Assembly: GCA_046581755.1 (NCBI GenBank)
Contig: JAYGFR010000381.1
Location: 1 to 41,184, forward strand
Length of the DNA stretch: 41,184 bases
Origin: Nitrospinota bacterium
GTDB lineage: Bacteria; UBA8248
Direction of reading: 5' to 3'
The translations under genes were made by a program, and so were the position numbers. Under the pieces are notes generated by a model, which had not been told where the DNA came from, ran no database searches, and saw only the letters and a list, made by a program, of their open reading frames with translations. This document shows, one piece after another, positions 39,542 to 41,184 of this stretch. Every line of letters begins with the position of its first letter. Position 1 is the first letter of the stretch.

Positions 39542-40186
39542 TCATCCCCTATCGTTTATCTCCTCTTGCCCGAAGGAACAGTGGGCCAGGACCGGGCACT
39601 CCGGACAGGCAGGTTTTCGCGCCGTGCAGCACCGCCTTCCGTGGGCGATCATGAGCAGGGTAAATCGAGTCCACCATTTTTCCGGCACCGTTTCCATGAT
39701 CCGGAACTCGGCCTTGACCGGGTCCCGGGTGGATATCCACCCGAGCCGGTTGCTCGTCCGCAGAACGTGGGTATCCACGGCGATGGCCGGCTGGCCGAAG
39801 GCCTCGTTGAGCACGACGTTGGCCGTCTTTCGGCCCACGCCGGCGAGCTTGACCAAATCCTCCAGGCGGCGGGGAACCTCCCCCCCGTGGCGCTCGGTGA
39901 TGGCCCGGCAGCAGCTCCGAATGGATTTGGCCTTTTGCCTGAAAAACCCGCATGAGTGAACTATTTTCTCGATCCTGGCCTGGGGTGCGGCGGCAAAGGC
40001 TTCGGCGGTGGAGAATTCGCGGAACAATCCCGGCGTCACCCGGTTGACCCGAACGTCGGTGCACTGTGCCGAAAGGATCGTCGCAACGAGCAGTTGAAGC
40101 GGGCTCTCGAAGGACAATCCACACCGGGCATCGGGGTAGGCATTGGCCAGCACGGCCAGCACCCGGGCCGGGCTTGATTTTTTCAT
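39542..40186 (-). CDS. nth: Endonuclease III
   Basis: LLVATILSAQCTD, GVGRKTANVV, VDTHV, CTARKPACPECPVLAHC 4Fe-4S motif. Confidence 0.96.
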   Translation of the reverse strand: MKKSSPARVLAVLANAYPDARCGLSFESPLQLLVATILSAQCTDVRVNRVTPGLFREFSTAEAFAAAPQARIEKIVHSCGFFRQKAKSIRSCCRAITERHGGEVPRRLEDLVKLAGVGRKTANVVLNEAFGQPAIAVDTHVLRTSNRLGWISTRDPVKAEFRIMETVPEKWWTRFTLLMIAHGRRCCTARKPACPECPVLAHCSFGQEEINDRG

Positions 40187-40359
40187 CGCGATTTTCTCAT
40201 GAGTAGCGGATCGTCCGTAAAAACGCGCGTCCGGGCAACCCGTATTCCCCCCTTCTTCATTTCAGACCCCATCCTTTCAAACCCAGGCGATTCGGTTTAG
40301 AATCCCTCGCTGGCAACGATTCGGTATCTCTCTCTATCCAGAACCAGGAGGTCGTTTTC

Positions 40360-40599
40360 ATGGCGGAACCCACGATGGCCCAAAAAGGGCCTTATATGTA
40401 CACTGCGGAAAAAGATGAAAAAGTCGCATGGTGCGCGTGCGGGCTGAGCGGAAAACAGCCCTTTTGCGACGGCTCCCACAAGGGCGGGGAATTCAAGCCG
40501 ATCATCCTTGACGTGGAGGCCGGAAAAACGTACGCATTCTGCGGCTGCAAACAATCGGGCAATGCTCCAATGTGCGACGGCACCCACGGCAGGCTTTAG
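40360..40599 (+). CDS. CDGSH iron-sulfur protein with two CDGSH motifs (MiNT/CISD3-like)
   Basis: CACGLSGKQPFCDGSH and CGCKQSGNAPMCDGTH; AGGAGG RBS. Confidence 0.92.
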   Translation: MAEPTMAQKGPYMYTAEKDEKVAWCACGLSGKQPFCDGSHKGGEFKPIILDVEAGKTYAFCGCKQSGNAPMCDGTHGRL

Positions 40600-40623
40600 G
40601 CCCTTGTACCGGAACACTTTATT

Positions 40624-40699
40624 GCGCGTGTAGCTCAGAGGATAGAGCGCCTGCCTCCGGAGCAGGAAGTCGCAGGTTCGACTCCTGCCACGCGCACCA
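40624..40699 (+). tRNA. tRNA-Arg (anticodon CCG)
   Basis: 76 nt. Acceptor stem GCGCGTG/CACGCGC, anticodon stem CCTGC/GCAGG with loop CTCCGGA, GGTTCGACTCC T arm, encoded CCA. Confidence 0.97.
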
Positions 40700-41184
40700 T
40701 TAAAACAATTACTTATAGTGATAACAATATACTTCAAACTTGACGTGTAAGGTCATTGTAAGGTGAGCGGGAGAAAATTGGGGCCACCAGAGATGGTGGC
40801 CTCGTTCTTTATAGCCGCACCGAACAGCTGGATGTAGCCCAATTCTCATTCTCCCGTAGCAACTCCCAAGGCGGTGCCCAGAGTAGGGGAGGTAGATAAC
40901 CCATCCCCCCCACAACACATCCGCACCGATCTATACCGCCCCTTCAGACGCGTTTTCAGATTCTTAGGATGGTGAATTAGTAATTCGCCATGAACAGGGT
41001 ACTGGAAGCCGGTGTTCGATCAGGGCAATTTTCCGTGCTTTCTGAAATGCCAATAAGGGCAGGGAAATTCAAGATTAGGCATTAATTCTCAAACGCTTAC
41101 TCAGAATGTTGAACTGATCTGTAGTGACAAGGAATTAGGTGGAATGACCGCCACGATACTCCCTAAATGCTCCTTTTTTTTGGG

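Noticed and set aside
39035..40699. Functional link between tRNA-Arg(CCG) and the nearby poly-Arg gene
   Set aside because: The tracts use all types of Arg codon and two unrelated genes intervene; proximity is probably coincidental.
40709..40918. 69-aa minus-strand ORF after the tRNA
   Set aside because: No RBS or motif, and it overlaps the presumed att region; likely non-coding.

Overview
GC-rich bacterial chromosome segment, mostly housekeeping and cell-envelope genes, with several small rearrangement scars. From left to right: (1) the start of a split ATP synthase operon on the minus strand (b', b, partial delta). (2) An FAH-family hydrolase, an arsC with one in-frame TAG, TerC, DUF1643 and an enoyl-CoA hydratase. 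(3) An AT-rich insert beginning with a ~99-bp IS-end/MITE-like element. (4) An ~18-kb co-oriented minus-strand run: four GT4, Wzx, GT9, SAM methyltransferase, WcaJ-type initiating transferase, kdsB-pyrG-kdsA, then five poorly characterised envelope genes including a bactofilin-TM-TPR fusion. (5) ABM monooxygenase, MFS, two tandem beta-hydroxyacid dehydrogenases, a rhodanese remnant and a rhodanese-MoeB. (6) An MNT-HEPN toxin-antitoxin pair whose toxin C-terminus is shared with a 41-bp duplicate in the next gene. (7) DoxX, a cNMP-binding protein, a secreted cationic 11-mer-repeat protein, an FGE-sulfatase remnant, a bicupin, a cytochrome c, a Rid protein and an orphan DppD-type ATPase. (8) A lipoprotein plus a TPR-LysM protein with protamine-like Arg tracts, nth, a CDGSH Fe-S protein, and tRNA-Arg(CCG) followed by a probable island boundary. 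The best candidate for an undescribed system is the bactofilin-TM-TPR/lipoprotein module behind kdsA, with a parallel lipoprotein + TPR-LysM-polyArg module. All family calls come from recognising motifs by eye; no searches were run.
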